Below, piece after piece: positions 27,601 through 39,919 of a DNA stretch of 64,000 nucleotides (within the stretch, counting starts at the first letter, position 1; every line of letters starts with the position of its first letter). Location: the NCBI GenBank assembly GCA_040285855.1, contig JAUFOQ010000005.1, forward strand, positions 992,001-1,056,000, written 5' to 3'. A program made the translations under genes and the position numbers. The notes beneath the pieces are model-generated. The model searched no databases. It saw only the letters and a list, made by a program, of their open reading frames with translations, and was not told the origin of the DNA. This DNA is from Eukaryota sp. GEM-RC1. Taxonomy: Eukaryota.

Positions 27601-28852
27601 TGAAGCACAAGTTGTACAAAGACAAGACTCAGGGTGATTAGAAGCATTTGGAAGCGGAGAAGCAGTTGTCACAAGTAGATCTGTTGGAGGTTTATAACCA
27701 GCAGCAAGAGAAAGGATTCTCGAAGGATCAAATCTTTTGGATTTGGATTTTAATTTATGAACATTTTTAACGATTTTACGAGCATCTATTATATTTAAAC
27801 ATAGAAGTGCGCGATAACATCGATAAACAGCAAAAATATTACCAAGAATGAAACAAACATAGAACAGAATTGAAACAACAAAACTTGAAAGATTAAAATT
27901 TAAAAAACTGGCAAATGGAAAAATCCAAGTAAAACCAGAACCAGAGAACTCTGAAAAGACATAATTAAAGTGAAAAAAGAAGTAAAAAACGTACTAAAGT
28001 ACAAAACCGCACAAAAAAAAGTTAGTGTACCTCTTATAATAAGGAAGGTAACTGGTAAAGCTCCTGTACATAATGAAAAAGATAAAGAAAAACGTCATCG
28101 CACGTGTTCTGATATTTACTAAAAATATTTGAGACACAACGAGAAGTATTTTGCACACTTGAAATGCAAAGTCAAATCGTCCATGAGGTCTAGCTAGGAT
28201 ATCATCAGCAGATATATCAGCATTAAAGAAGACTAGAGAGAGAAAGCAGGCAAAGGGAACAATGATGAGGACACAAGCAAGAGAGATCACGACAGAGAAG
28301 ACATTAGGGAAGTGATAGCAATACAGAGTCATTTCTGGATAGAAATCACGGAGAACGTGACCAGCAAGGTTTTCAGAGGATATACAGTTGAGAGGATTGA
28401 GTAGGAGTTGAAGAGTGGGGATGAAGAGAACTGAGAGGAAAGCAAGACCTAGAAGACGAAGAAGACGAACTGACCAGAGAGAGGTAAAGATGCCACTCTT
28501 GAAAGACTGTCCAACGTGAAGTGAGAGAAGAAGTACAACGATGACTATGAAACAAGCGAGGATGTTGAAGGCATAGAACTGGAATACTGTGTCTGTTTGG
28601 AAGGAGAACTGGAGGTAGGTTAAGAAGACTGAGATCGCATTGACCGCAGGGAGATGTTTATAAATCTCCTCTATGAAGGCAAAGGACCAAAACTCTAAGA
28701 TAAGATGAAGTAAAGGAGAACAAACGAATATAAGCAAGGATGTACGCAATGAAAGCAACTTTCTTAAGAGCAGAGTTGTTTTGAGTCATACTGAAGTGAG
28801 AAAACATGGATCAATCGTACAGATAGAAGATGCCGAAGACATAGTTAGCCAT
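24616..28852 (-). CDS. Multi-pass TmcB/TmcC-like membrane protein with C-terminal hemerythrin domain
   Basis: Introns 28820-28791 (30 nt), 28725-28695 (31 nt) and one ending at 27951. N-terminal multi-TM block (LA.PHGRFD, LPYY), helical region, further TM pairs, then W.....IGI..VD.QH, HF..EE, H...H, WL.NHI...D hemerythrin ligands. Confidence 0.85.
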
Positions 28853-29592
28853 GGTTCAATGAGTGTCTGCTTCTGTTTCAGTTGGTTGGGAAAGCCGATC
28901 TTCAATCTTTTGAAGAAAATGATTGAACTTTCTTGATTCATCCAGGCTCATTCAACTTCAAGTGTGCTTCTTAGGATGTTGAAATGCAGTACCACATCCA
29001 ATTCAATGTTTTCAAGCAGATTGGAAGACATATAAGTGCAGAAAGTTGTTTGATTCTTGTAGTAGACGAATAATTGTTTTACTCTTTCATTACTACCGTG
29101 GAGTACACTACAAGTAATCGAGTAATTAAGTAATTTAAACAGTTGAACCTAATTAATGTGACTGACTTAATTAGAAGTTTGTGCCATTCTAGGAAACATA
29201 TTATTTGAATTTGGCTGAAAATATAGTTCAATATAGTATTCAACTGTTGGTCGAAATTTGTAATATGTCAACACAATACTAGTACTAGAACACATTGCCC
29301 AGCCGTCAGAAAGAAGTTGGTGACTTGTTCTAATTAGCTACAGATCTTCTCAATTATATTTTGGACCTTTTGTTCGGAACTGTTGCAAAAGATTTCCATG
29401 CAACTGTCTATAAAGTATGGACTCTCTGACAAAAGCCTGTTCAGAATGAATATCAGTGTCATTAAATTAAGGTGAGGAACAACACAAGTACATAACAGCA
29501 AACAGTTGTAACAACACCAACATCACCAGAATAGATTCCAAAATTACTACTGTACTTCCATCACAATCTGAACTGTTGTTCCACTTGGTCTC

Positions 29593-30812
29593 ATGACTTC
29601 TCCTAACTTAGTTCAGATGCTTAGTACCCATCTTTCTGAGGAGTTGAACTCTGAAGAACTGTTGACTAATGCTCCTCCTCTATTTAAATCTCTTCCATTA
29701 AGTGATGGTATTGACAACTCGGACGGAGGATCTCTACGTACTACAACTGAAACTTCCACTAACAAACCTTCATGTTCTTCCATCGAATCTTCATCTGTTA
29801 TCCGTAAGGTGGATTCAACCCTTGGACATCTCACCCGACGGTTCCTATTCCTTCTACACCAAGGTCAACAAGGAGAAGTCAATCTTAACGAAGCTGTAAG
29901 CATTCTCAATGTTAAGAAGAGGCGAATCTACGATATCACCAATGTCTTAGAAGGCATTGGTCTTATTGAAAAAAGTCTCTAAAAATACCGTCCGTTTCCT
30001 CGGCATGGCTTCTCCTTCTATCAACTTTCTCAAATCCCCTGAGGAGATCTCTCGTCCAACTCCCACCACCACCTTCTCCTCTGCATTAACTGGAGATGAT
30101 GCTGAACTTCAGGAGCTACTGGCAGCGTCATTGGAATTAGACGAATGTATCGCTACTCTCCACCAGTCAATCAATCTGACTGTCAATCATCATTCTGATC
30201 TTGTCTTTCTACTTATGGAAGACGTAGCCTTACTGAATCTCTCTCCAGAAGTTGACCTCTCCCATTATTGCATGGAATATCCTTTAGATGTTTATTCCCA
30301 TATTAATGAGTGTGTATATATTTCTGAAAGTTTATCAAGTACGGGTAAGCAATTAATCTTTACAACCAATCTTTCTAATAATCGCCAAACCGCTTTAGAA
30401 GACTTTTTCTCTTCCCCCCGCTTCTTTAAAACGATCTTCTTCTTCACTAAGTCACTCTCCAAATGAAGGATTTGTGTTTAAACAAGTAGGGAATCAGAAT
30501 AACAACAATCATAATAGGTATAGGGAATCTCCTTCAATTAGTTTGTTTGCTACGGGGTCACCTATCACTCCAATGGCCAAAAGGTCAAATCTAGGGGTTT
30601 TTGACCTTGATGATGATTCACTAATGACCTCAGACTTTGCTTTTTCCAGGCAGTCATCACCTGTTCAGGTTCAGTGTAGAACGCCTGGATTTCTTGAGAT
30701 TTCTCCAATGAAAGGACCTGGTGGATTGACAGATTCGATTCATTTGCTTGATTTCTTGGGCTATTCCGACTCTCCTGATATTATGGGAGTCAGTGAGCTC
30801 TATAGGTCGTGA
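29593..30812 (+). CDS. E2F: E2F-family transcription factor
   Basis: [12 protein letters not shown]...VNLNEA...[26 protein letters not shown] winged helix plus coiled coil; two 1-nt shifts at homopolymers (A6 29969-29974, C6 30414-30419). Confidence 0.9.
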
Positions 30813-31545
30813 TTGGTTTACAGTGATTGCTGTGGAATGACTTGAGTAGACTAAACGTCTCTTTTGTATTAACAATCTGGACTCGACTTTAGTGGATGAA
30901 GATCGTTTCAGATATTTTAATTTTATTGTTTTTAAACAAATAAAATATTGTAAATTAATCCTTGAACTTATCCTTAGCTTTACGCATTCAGTTTGACTAC
31001 TCATCTGGATCACCTATACTTTATTGTTACTACATTCACACTAAATGGTGTCCTTCAATTGAGGAACTATTACAGCATATTTAGTTCTTCTGTTAAAAAA
31101 TGAAGAACATCCAGACTGTATGAAGCATTCCACGTGTTTATCGTTGAAAAGATACCGATATACAACTGATATCAATTTACTGGAACCATTGTGTTTGTTT
31201 CATGTTAATAATACAGAAGATCAGTGTGATACTTGGAGGATTTATTTAGAAACTGAGAGAGCAACATCATCTACAAAAATTCATGAAAGGAGAGCCATTA
31301 GACTGTCGGGTCTTGAAGGACTTTGGCATGGGAAGAGGCTTGGTCTATAGTCTAAATGGAGCTTCTGATACAGCACCACAACTCGTTTCAAACGATGAGC
31401 TATTCAGAAGGACTATTCCACAATGTTCCATGATTGAATGGGCAGATCTTGCCTCTCTCGTACCAACGAGAGAAGCGTTCTACAATATTTCAGACAATGT
31501 GCGTAGAAAGAGCGAGCATGAGTAAACTTTTAGTAACATCAAAAC

Positions 31546-32146
31546 TGTGGGAACTAGTTATAGTAAGCCCTACTACTAGTAGTATGCTTGGTCATCCAGA
31601 ACAAAGAGAAGGAAGGAACCCGGGAGTAACCGGGGGGTAAGAGAGTACAAGTTGAGACAACAACACAGTCTTTTCATCTGTCTACCATCTACCGTCTCCA
31701 AGAGCTCTGCCTCGTATACTCAGTTGGCTTCTGTTCTTCCCGCTCATAACTTAGTTTCATTGTTTCTTGATCCGTCTCTTTCAAGCGATTCAGCCCGTGA
31801 GCCCAACTCCCCTCTACTGAGAAAAGATGGTGATCGATCCACTCAAATACGCCTACTTACCTTCGTTCAGTTCTTGTATCACGTCATCCACTTTGAATGA
31901 GTCATCACTGTGAACTTCTCCCTTGAGGATTAAGATTAAGCGGTCCACTCACTAACTAGTTCTGCCACGTTTTCCCACGCCTTCATTTTTCACGTGATCT
32001 CCTGCCACGTGCCATCTTCTTCTGCCACGTGTCACTTTCCCTTTGAGAGCATCTCCTCGCCCATTCTCTCTTCCCACTCACCCTATCTTACCGTCTTCTC
32101 TCTCATTCTTCTTGTGCCTTCTACCACGTCATTTCTGTGCAATACA
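31546..32146. mobile_element. Possible solo LTR or LTR-like insertion
   Basis: TG...CA-bounded ~600-bp block, GC-richer than its flanks, strong pyrimidine skew, clustered (C)CACGT motifs; no convincing TSD. Confidence 0.3.
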
Positions 32147-32436
32147 TGTTGACTCTACTTTTGTATGTCCCTTTCTAACAATAGTCGTGTAGTTCTATTC
32201 AGTGGAGGAAGGAATTTTCACTACTCAGAATTTCACTTATTTTAAAATATTTGTTTGTATATTTTAACATAATTCGCTTGACTACTTATGGTTCAAGTAC
32301 TTTTATTTCTTGGAAACAATGGTTCCCTTAAAGCTATGACTTCTTCATCTTTTAATCTTTTATGATTGATGACGAGACTAAGAATGGTGGATCTATCTCC
32401 TTAGAATTTATACCTCCACAGTCTCCAAGAAAACCC

Positions 32437-33200
32437 TCAGCTTTTTTCTTTTAATTCAAAACAAAGAATCGAATCTTGACTTGTATTTTTTGCAATCTCA
32501 ATGGCTTCTCGTAGAGCGATGTTGACACGAAGAGGCGTGGAAGGTATTGGTTCACGAAAAACGGGACAAGAAGCCGCTTCTTTCTGTTTTAACCATTGAA
32601 CAAGACATTTGTCACGACAAAAGCTGTGTCCACATGAAAGCGTGGTCGGATTCTCCATCTTCTTTTTCAATAAGGTTAGATTCATTTCCCCAGGGAAAGT
32701 TTGGGAAGCGGGTGGACATAGAACATCATATATTCTTACGGGTGAACAATCAGGGATGTAGTTCCAATTGATTCCATGAGCTAAGCTGAACATTCTAAAT
32801 GTATTATTGACTTTGAAAGCATTTGTCATGTATCTTACTTCAATACTTGTAACTGTAGTATTAACCTTTAAAGCCTCTGCCATTGCAATGCACCTTCATC
32901 ACCAATAGAGTTTTGACACGTGTCTTCAAGATTCCACTTTACCATTGCTCCTGACTCAAAAACCACCTTAACTGCATAGTAGAGCAGATTCAAAGATACA
33001 CTTGCTTACAAAACAAACTTTTTTTTCAACAAATGTATTCGTGTTTCCTTTTTTTAGGAGATCTCAAGATCAATCTCGATTCCATTCAAGAGAAGACTTA
33101 CAAATATGTCTCAACAAATGACGCAGAAAGTGAAGATGGATGAGAATCAACAAGGACTTTCGAAACCAATGTACCTTGAAAGAGTCTGGAAAGACACTCG
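32437..33200 (-). pseudogene. Degenerate LRR-family gene fragment followed by RING-HC finger
   Basis: N-terminal piece (LLILIHLHFLRHLLRHIC) is homologous to the 36820 gene; NSIGDEG..MAEALKVNTTVTSI LRR; PTTLSCGHSFC..CL..W....CPVFR..RVNIAL RING missing Cys residues; stops and frameshifts. Confidence 0.65.
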
Positions 33201-33419
33201 ATTTCAAAGAAGAAGCGTGGTCTGGACGTAGAGTGTAAACATGCAGTTGTCGGACAGCTCTTGAATTAATACATATTTTAATAAACATTTGTCATAATAT
33301 TTTGTAAGTCGAACTACAAGTAGTAGGATCCTACCTCATCACCAGTTATAAAAACCAGCTCAAAAATGTTTTGAAATCAATAACCAGCAAGCTAATGAGG
33401 TAAACGTGACATCAAAATT

Positions 33420-35556
33420 CTTATCCATGGATAGAAGATCGATAGGTAATGTAATGCGATCAAGAGACAACGTTAGCAATTGTCCACATTGAGGTTATAA
33501 GGCCATGAAGAACATCTTAAACGCATGCTAGTGGTCCATTGATGAGCATTCGATAACAATCCATAATTTGCGGAATTTGATTAAGAAAAGCCGATGCAGA
33601 GCTATTTCGCAAATCTGACAAAACAACGAAAGTAGGATTATTTTGCTTAGCCGAGCTAATGCGAATAACAAAATCCAAACTTTCAAAATGTTTTAAAAGA
33701 TGGTGCTGAAGTTTTTCAGGGGATCCTCACTTTCCACTAACTTCTTAGGAATAACGTTGGCCCAATATGATTGGTGATGTTTCGAACAATACCAAATACA
33801 AGGCAAGTTAAGCAACTGTATTATATTTTCAACTACATGTTATTTCAAAAAGAATAATAGACAACGAAAACTGTTGGTTTGTTGACATTTTTGAAGAAAA
33901 TCGCCAACATTTTTTAAAACTTTTTTAAGGGATAGATTGATCGGTCCCAACTTTCCATTCAAGAAGTCTACAAGGGTTTTGAATAGACTAGAAACTTGCC
34001 GTCAAGAGAAGTTTAAAAACACCTTTGTAGGGTACGCAAACACGCATGTGACACTCGGATGACGTGATATTATTTGTGACAAAATACTGTCCCTCAATAT
34101 AAGTGAACACTTGAAATCTGAAGACAACTTCATTTAAATGCCCGTACAATCTTAGTTAAAGAACAGTAAGGATCAACACACATCTTTTGCACTTGTTATG
34201 AAGAAGGAACAAGCCGAATGTGATTATTGTCATCGAATAATAAGGGGGACGACTGATAGACGTTCTTCTTCACATCAAGGTATTCTAAGCCAATTGATGT
34301 ACCTGATTTTGTTGAAATTGATACGAATATTCCCGAAGAGTGGATGCATGAGAATGAAGAGTATAGTCCCAGTATGAATTTTAAAAAAGGTTGAATTTTG
34401 AAAGGTTGTACCAGGAAAGTTGCAATTTAGGCATAAACATTGGTTAAAAAGCATTGATAAAAACGGATACAACAAAAACACACAGTGTGGCAAGAATGTA
34501 ATCACGGCCACACACATCAACCGTCCATGTAAGGTAAACTAGATCTATACCCAACCAATCTGATCATCAATAATGCACGGGAAATGTACCCATTCATACA
34601 CTGTTTTTAAACACTTCATACGTAACGTCACGAACTGTATTGTGTAAAATCTAATTACACGGTGTTTGAAGTCAACTTCGGTCCTTTATAACAGCAACAC
34701 ATAGCATATCGAACAATTCAGCTGGAAACAGACCGACGTATGTTAAGTTTCCAGGCCTCGTTATTGCCAAAAAATGCAGCATAGACGGGATTATATACAA
34801 AAGTAATAATAAGACGTTTTGAAAAATTCAAGTACTAAAAGCCATGTAAAACACAATTTTGCAATTTTACAACAGACAAATGCAGAAATTTGATTGACAA
34901 ATCAGGAATAGAAGTGATTGACTTAGGAAAACACTGGTTCCAAATGTAAGCAGATAATTCCTGTATGAAACAATCATGAGGTCATAACCACACAGAATTC
35001 TGTGCGATTACTTGAGAAAACTCATCACTAAATCTCAAACAAAGTTCAAAAACACAATTTTGGAACCAGTACGCGCCTTGACACAAATACTCAGATCTCG
35101 AAAAACCAGGACCATCAAAAGAGGCAGACAAGAACGCATGATAAGGAAGTTTGGTTGAATCAATTTCTACAAAACTTTCCAAAAAATTACAAATTAAATA
35201 ATTAAAATTGTAGTTCTAGTCTCAATCAATTTTTGAGTTATTTGCCGTAAAACACCAGGAGGTATAGATTTCACAAAATGGTTAACCTTTGTACTAAAAC
35301 AAACTGAAAGTACCGAACAGGCCAAATGTTTTTCAATTGTTAAATCTTGAATTGCTTGCAACTGAGATTGAAGCTTACTCAAAGAACTATTTACACTATT
35401 TACGACAATCTCAAAAAAATAGGTATACAAAAATTAGATAGATTCAACAGAATAGTTGGCAAACTGCATAACTTCATTTCCACATGTCTTCGTTTCCGAC
35501 ACTTTTTCAATTTGATCTCCAATCTAATGGATTTGGCCAGCTTAAGACTCTATTAC
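33420..35556 (-). mobile_element. Fragmented RLE non-LTR retrotransposon remnants (at least two pieces)
   Basis: KVNHFVKSIPP, FLSASFDGPGFS, LHNTVRDVTY, LQHHLLKHFES..SAFLNQIP segments homologous to the 47454 and 57293 copies. Confidence 0.65.
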
Positions 35557-35670
35557 TAGAGCTGCATTAACACAACAGCTAAATGTTTGGCTAAACTTTG
35601 CAGAAACTTCTAAAGTCTTTCTTTCACATCCTTGATTTCTCCAGAACTGAAAAACAAATGTTCTCTATTA

Positions 35671-36503
35671 CAGCAATTGGTTCAATTAGTGTGGACCACA
35701 CTAATTTTCATTAATTTGTTCAACACGTAGAAATTATAATTAGTGTGGACCACATTATTTTTAATCCACACTAATTATAATTTAATAAAAATAGTGTGTG
35801 TCATAGAGCTGTCAACGGCTTGAGCCGAATGGTTTGGCCTGTTAAATTCCAAACTGGTTCGGCTTTGGCTTGAGCCATTTGAGTAAGCCGAACCAAATTT
35901 CGATATGGTTTGACTCAAGTCGTTCGGTTTACGGCTTGAGCCGAACCGTTTGACAGCTGTAGTGTACGACACTTATTTTTTGGAAAAAGATTTAGTGTGG
36001 ATTGAAGTATTTTTTAAAAAAGTTGTTATTATACTTGCAGTTGGTGTTGTGTACATTCTTGGAACCATCCAAAACTACAGAAGTTCTTTAAATTTTGTTT
36101 TAAAATTAACAACCAATGGGAAATTTCAATTTCACCATTACAAATCGTTGTTATTACAACAAATCGTTAACTGCGTGGTGAAATTGATCAGGATACTTTC
36201 TGTTACTTGAAGCTTTGATTGCAACTGGTCAATTTCCCAACGACCAGTAGTGTTCATGTTCAATCCACACAAAATCATGGCCTGCGAGTATGTGTGGAAA
36301 ACGATATGCGTTTATTGATTTACTCCTGGTGCTTTTATATAGCTTTGGACTGATTTGCACATATTATTGATAGAGTAATAAAATCCACACTAATTAAGTC
36401 CAAAATTAACACTATAAAAAGGCACGAAAATTAGAATTAGTGTCGAGCACACTAATTGAAATCCACACTAATTCTTTATCCACACTAAATACAAAAATTG
36501 CTG
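35671..36503. mobile_element. TA-flanked non-autonomous DNA transposon (Tc1/mariner/pogo-type MITE)
   Basis: TA|CAGCAATT...TTAGTGTGGA at left, mirrored at right (TCCACACTAA...AATTGCTG|TA); many internal TTAGTGTGGA/TCCACACTAA repeats. Confidence 0.75.
35804..35961. mobile_element. 158-bp hAT-type MITE nested in the TA-flanked element
   Basis: TIR TA(G/C)AGCTGTCAA(A)CGG; three internal GGCTTGAGCC repeats; degenerate TSD (5/8). Confidence 0.65.
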
Positions 36504-36740
36504 TAGCTACCGAACCCCTTTTCTCAAATGCAGGGAACGTAGTTAATCCAAGACGCGCTAGTTTGAATGTTGAAAGTGTACAGTCTATGTTGAGCTTACA
36601 TTCTTGGAGTTGTTATAGTTTGGGTGATACATAAATACTTTTTATTTCGATATCATTATTGAGTAATACTCAAGTACTCAAGTAATAATCTTACTCACTT
36701 TTTCAAAACAGTGAGTGTCAGCATTACTCGAGAAATTCAT
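36504..36740 (+). mobile_element. hAT transposase C-terminal dimerisation domain remnant plus subterminal repeats
   Basis: ATEPLFSNAGNVVNPRRASLNVESVQSML.L.SW resembles the ER.FS.AG.....R..L motif; downstream GAGTA/TACTC repeats. Confidence 0.65.
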
Positions 36741-36819
36741 TCTGTTTAACAACCAAACTCGCCAAACTCTGTTCTTCAGATCAATATTCATGTGATTCAC
36801 TTCCGATATTTCCACTCAT

Positions 36820-38435
36820 ATGACTTCCAAGCGCATTCACTTGCAGCATACTCTATTATTGCTTGTTCATCGTCATTTGCTCAGACGTATATGTATGTCT
36901 TGTCTGGTTGCCGATTACTATGACCGTCACCGTCTCTTAAGATCTTTAAACCAAGAACTGCCTTCATTTATGGAAACAATTGGTTATGTCAGTCACCATT
37001 TCCTCAATACTGCTTCACTAGCTGCCAAATCCTTTTTGAAACAACACTGTTTCATGTTACTTATAAAGACATTCCCCTTATTTCTTCTATAGCATCTATC
37101 TTCCAATCAGAGGTTAAATCTGTTTTCTTGTTTGACAGCAGAGCCTTTGATGTTGAAGACTGTTCTGCTTATACTGGTATAATTTCAGGATTAAAGACCA
37201 GGCTGGAGAATCTGAATGACTTGGACTTTCTTAACAAATCCTCACCCGTTTTCTTTCCACATCTTACTGAGCTTGATGTGGAGGTTCATCCGCCACTGTT
37301 TTTGAGTTTTGCTAATGCTTTGAAAGACAATTCATCGATTACTCGGCTTTTTCTTTGGAATAACTCTATTGACTGCCAGGGCGCTGCAGCCTTAGCTGAA
37401 GTTTTAAAGGTGAATTCTGTAGTTTCTATGATTAATTTATGGGACAATTCTATTGGGGATGCAGGCACTACGGCATTTAGCGAAGCGTTGAAGATTAATT
37501 CGACAATCAAATTGATTGACTTGGGATTCAACTACATTGGTCCTGATGGTGCTATAGCTTTGGCAGAAGCGTTGAAACTTAATTCATCAATTACTAATGT
37601 TATTCTGGACGACAACTCCATTGGAGATGAAGGTACCACGGTCTTGGCTGAGTCTTTGAAAGTTAATTCTACAGTTACTCAGTTGTCATTGTCCAAGAAT
37701 TCAATCGATTTTAAAGGAGCTGAAGCATTAGCCAATACATTAATAGAGAATGTTTCACTTCGTGTGATTGGATTGAGCAATAATCAGATTCGTAATGAAG
37801 GTGCTATATCGTTGGCTGAGTCTTTAAAAGTTAATTCAGTAATTACTCAAATTAATGTATCAGAGAACTCTATTGGTACCGAAGGTGCTATGGCATTAGC
37901 AGAAGCTTTTAAGGTCAATTCCACAATTACTTCTGTAGATATCAGTGGCAACTCTATCGGTGTTGAAGGTACCACAGCAATAGCAGAAGCACTGAAAGTC
38001 AATTCAACAATTTCTACTATTAATCTAGGCAACTGTTCAATTCAAGCTAAAGGTGCTCTAGCATTGGCAGAAATGTTGAAAAGCAACACTTCACTTACCA
38101 AGATTAATTTGGGCCATAACTCTATTGATGTTGAAGGTGTTCTTGCAGTAGCTCAAGCTTTGAAAGTAAATTCTACCGTGATTGATCTCGTTCTTGATGG
38201 AAACTCTATCGGAGACGATGGCCTACTTGCTTTGGTTGAAGCGTTAAAAATCAATTCATCCATTTCTGAGATTCATCTAGAGGAAAACTCTATCCGAAAT
38301 GAGTCAGCAATTGCCTTGGCTGAAGTATTGAAAATACATTCGTCTATAACCAAGGTTTATCTTTGGTCTAATTCTGTTGGCTTTAAAACTCAGCAACTTA
38401 TTAAGATAGTTTCAACAGGTCGGATCGTGTGTTAA
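36820..38435 (+). CDS. Ribonuclease-inhibitor-like (NLRC3-type) LRR protein with family-specific N-terminal domain
   Basis: 13 repeats of 28 aa (N.IG.EGA.ALAE.LK.NS.IT.I.L); N-terminal ORF joined by a 1-nt shift at T3 37050-37052 (KQHCFHVTYKDIPL). Confidence 0.85.
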
Positions 38436-38794
38436 GGATTTTTGGCATTCATTGTTCCTTTTATTTTGATCTACTAGTATATACAGTAGTTCTTCATGTT
38501 AATACTGTTACTATACTTATCTAACGTTTATTTGTTCGTAATATACTGTATTTGATTTTATTCATTATCACACAAACATGTGTCACTAAAAACAAACAAA
38601 TTATACCAAACAACTTCATTTATATCTACAGTTGTATATGTACTAGTAGTAACAAAAGATAATTCCCCAATCATCCATGATCCCAAACTCTGAAATTTCT
38701 CCACTAAATGAGAGAAATAGTAGAACATACTTCAAAACAAATTCAAACGCAATGCAATTCGTTAGATTTTCTAAACTTAGAAGACTCCTTTTAA

Positions 38795-39530
38795 CAGTAA
38801 ACGCTTACACGGTGAAAAATCACCTCTAACACACGTGTTAACATGTGTATTACAACCTGTTATATGTTTGCGTTACAAGAATTTTTTTCTGATTGCAAGT
38901 TGCTCAATAAAATTGATCAATTCTTCTACACACCTATTAAACAAAATGTGGTACTGAACAGCAGTAGGTGGGACTTGATGGATTATATATTCATGATGTG
39001 GGACCAGGACCAATTTCTCAGTTATAGCTTCAACTGCAAGAAGTTATTGGAAAGTATCACTCAAACTTTGAGGGTCAAACACCCTCCGAACACACAGTGT
39101 TTATAGAACAAGTAGATTCCTAGAGCATGATACAGTATCTCTTGTAGTAGATCGTTGTTCTACCCTACAGTAGTGAGAGGAGGTTGTTGCTGACTAACTC
39201 AATGCTTATGATGTCATCAACTTAGAATAGATTTCTTTACTTGTTTAACATAAAACTTTGTCAATAAAATTTGAAATTGACCAAGACTATCATAAATTAA
39301 ATCAACAAAAAGTATAATAAAATAATTAGTATTGATGAGATTAATTATTAAGTACACATGATTGGAAGTGTCTTAAGAATTGGTATCACAGAGACTATGT
39401 AACACTGTAATCATTTTCACAAAAATTGACTTTTTCAACCCATTCAGACCCAAATTGATAACATATATTTGTGTGACACGTGACAGCCAAAATTCCTAAC
39501 ACGTGTTAACACGGGTGTTACAGTTTACTC
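38795..39530. mobile_element. Degenerate TIR element flanked by TTAA
   Basis: TTAA|CAGTAAAC..ACAC.GTG at left versus TTAA|GAGTAAAC..ACAC.CGTG (reverse complement of right); CACGTGTTAAC at both ends. Confidence 0.45.
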
Positions 39531-39760
39531 TTAACAGGACTTATTACAATCATTGAAAAGTTACTCACCTGCAGGACTAATCGATTCAAAAAGAGAAATA
39601 GCAAAAAGTAGAAACACAAATTTGGATCATGATTTTTCATTCTTCTGATGTATATCCTAAACGTATCCTCAAAAAGACAAGAATTTCACTCAAAACACGC
39701 AGTTTATTGTCACGTTCATACACAGAATGATTAACTCCCATGGAATATACCTACCATGAG

Positions 39761-39860
39761 GACACCAATACAGTCCCTTTTCTAAACCCCGTACAAGCCT
39801 GAATGGTTCTGGGCTTGTATCGGTAGAGGCTTGTATTGGTAGAAGGCTTGTATTGGTGTC
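39761..39860. repeat. ~100-bp MITE-like foldback
   Basis: 12-bp inverted repeat GACACCAATACA...TGTATTGGTGTC; three GGCTTGTAT repeats. Confidence 0.55.
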
Positions 39861-39919
39861 TCTACTATAGACATGTAGAACCCAAAAGTAACAACTAAGT
39901 AACAGGGAACCTACAATTT

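Noticed and set aside
29969..29982. Euplotes-type AAA-stop +1 frameshift in E2F
   Set aside because: The stop is not adjacent to the AAA codon, and other sites need -1 corrections
31120..31525. Overlapping short ORFs as a gene
   Set aside because: Could be a fragment, but no recognisable family or confident gene model
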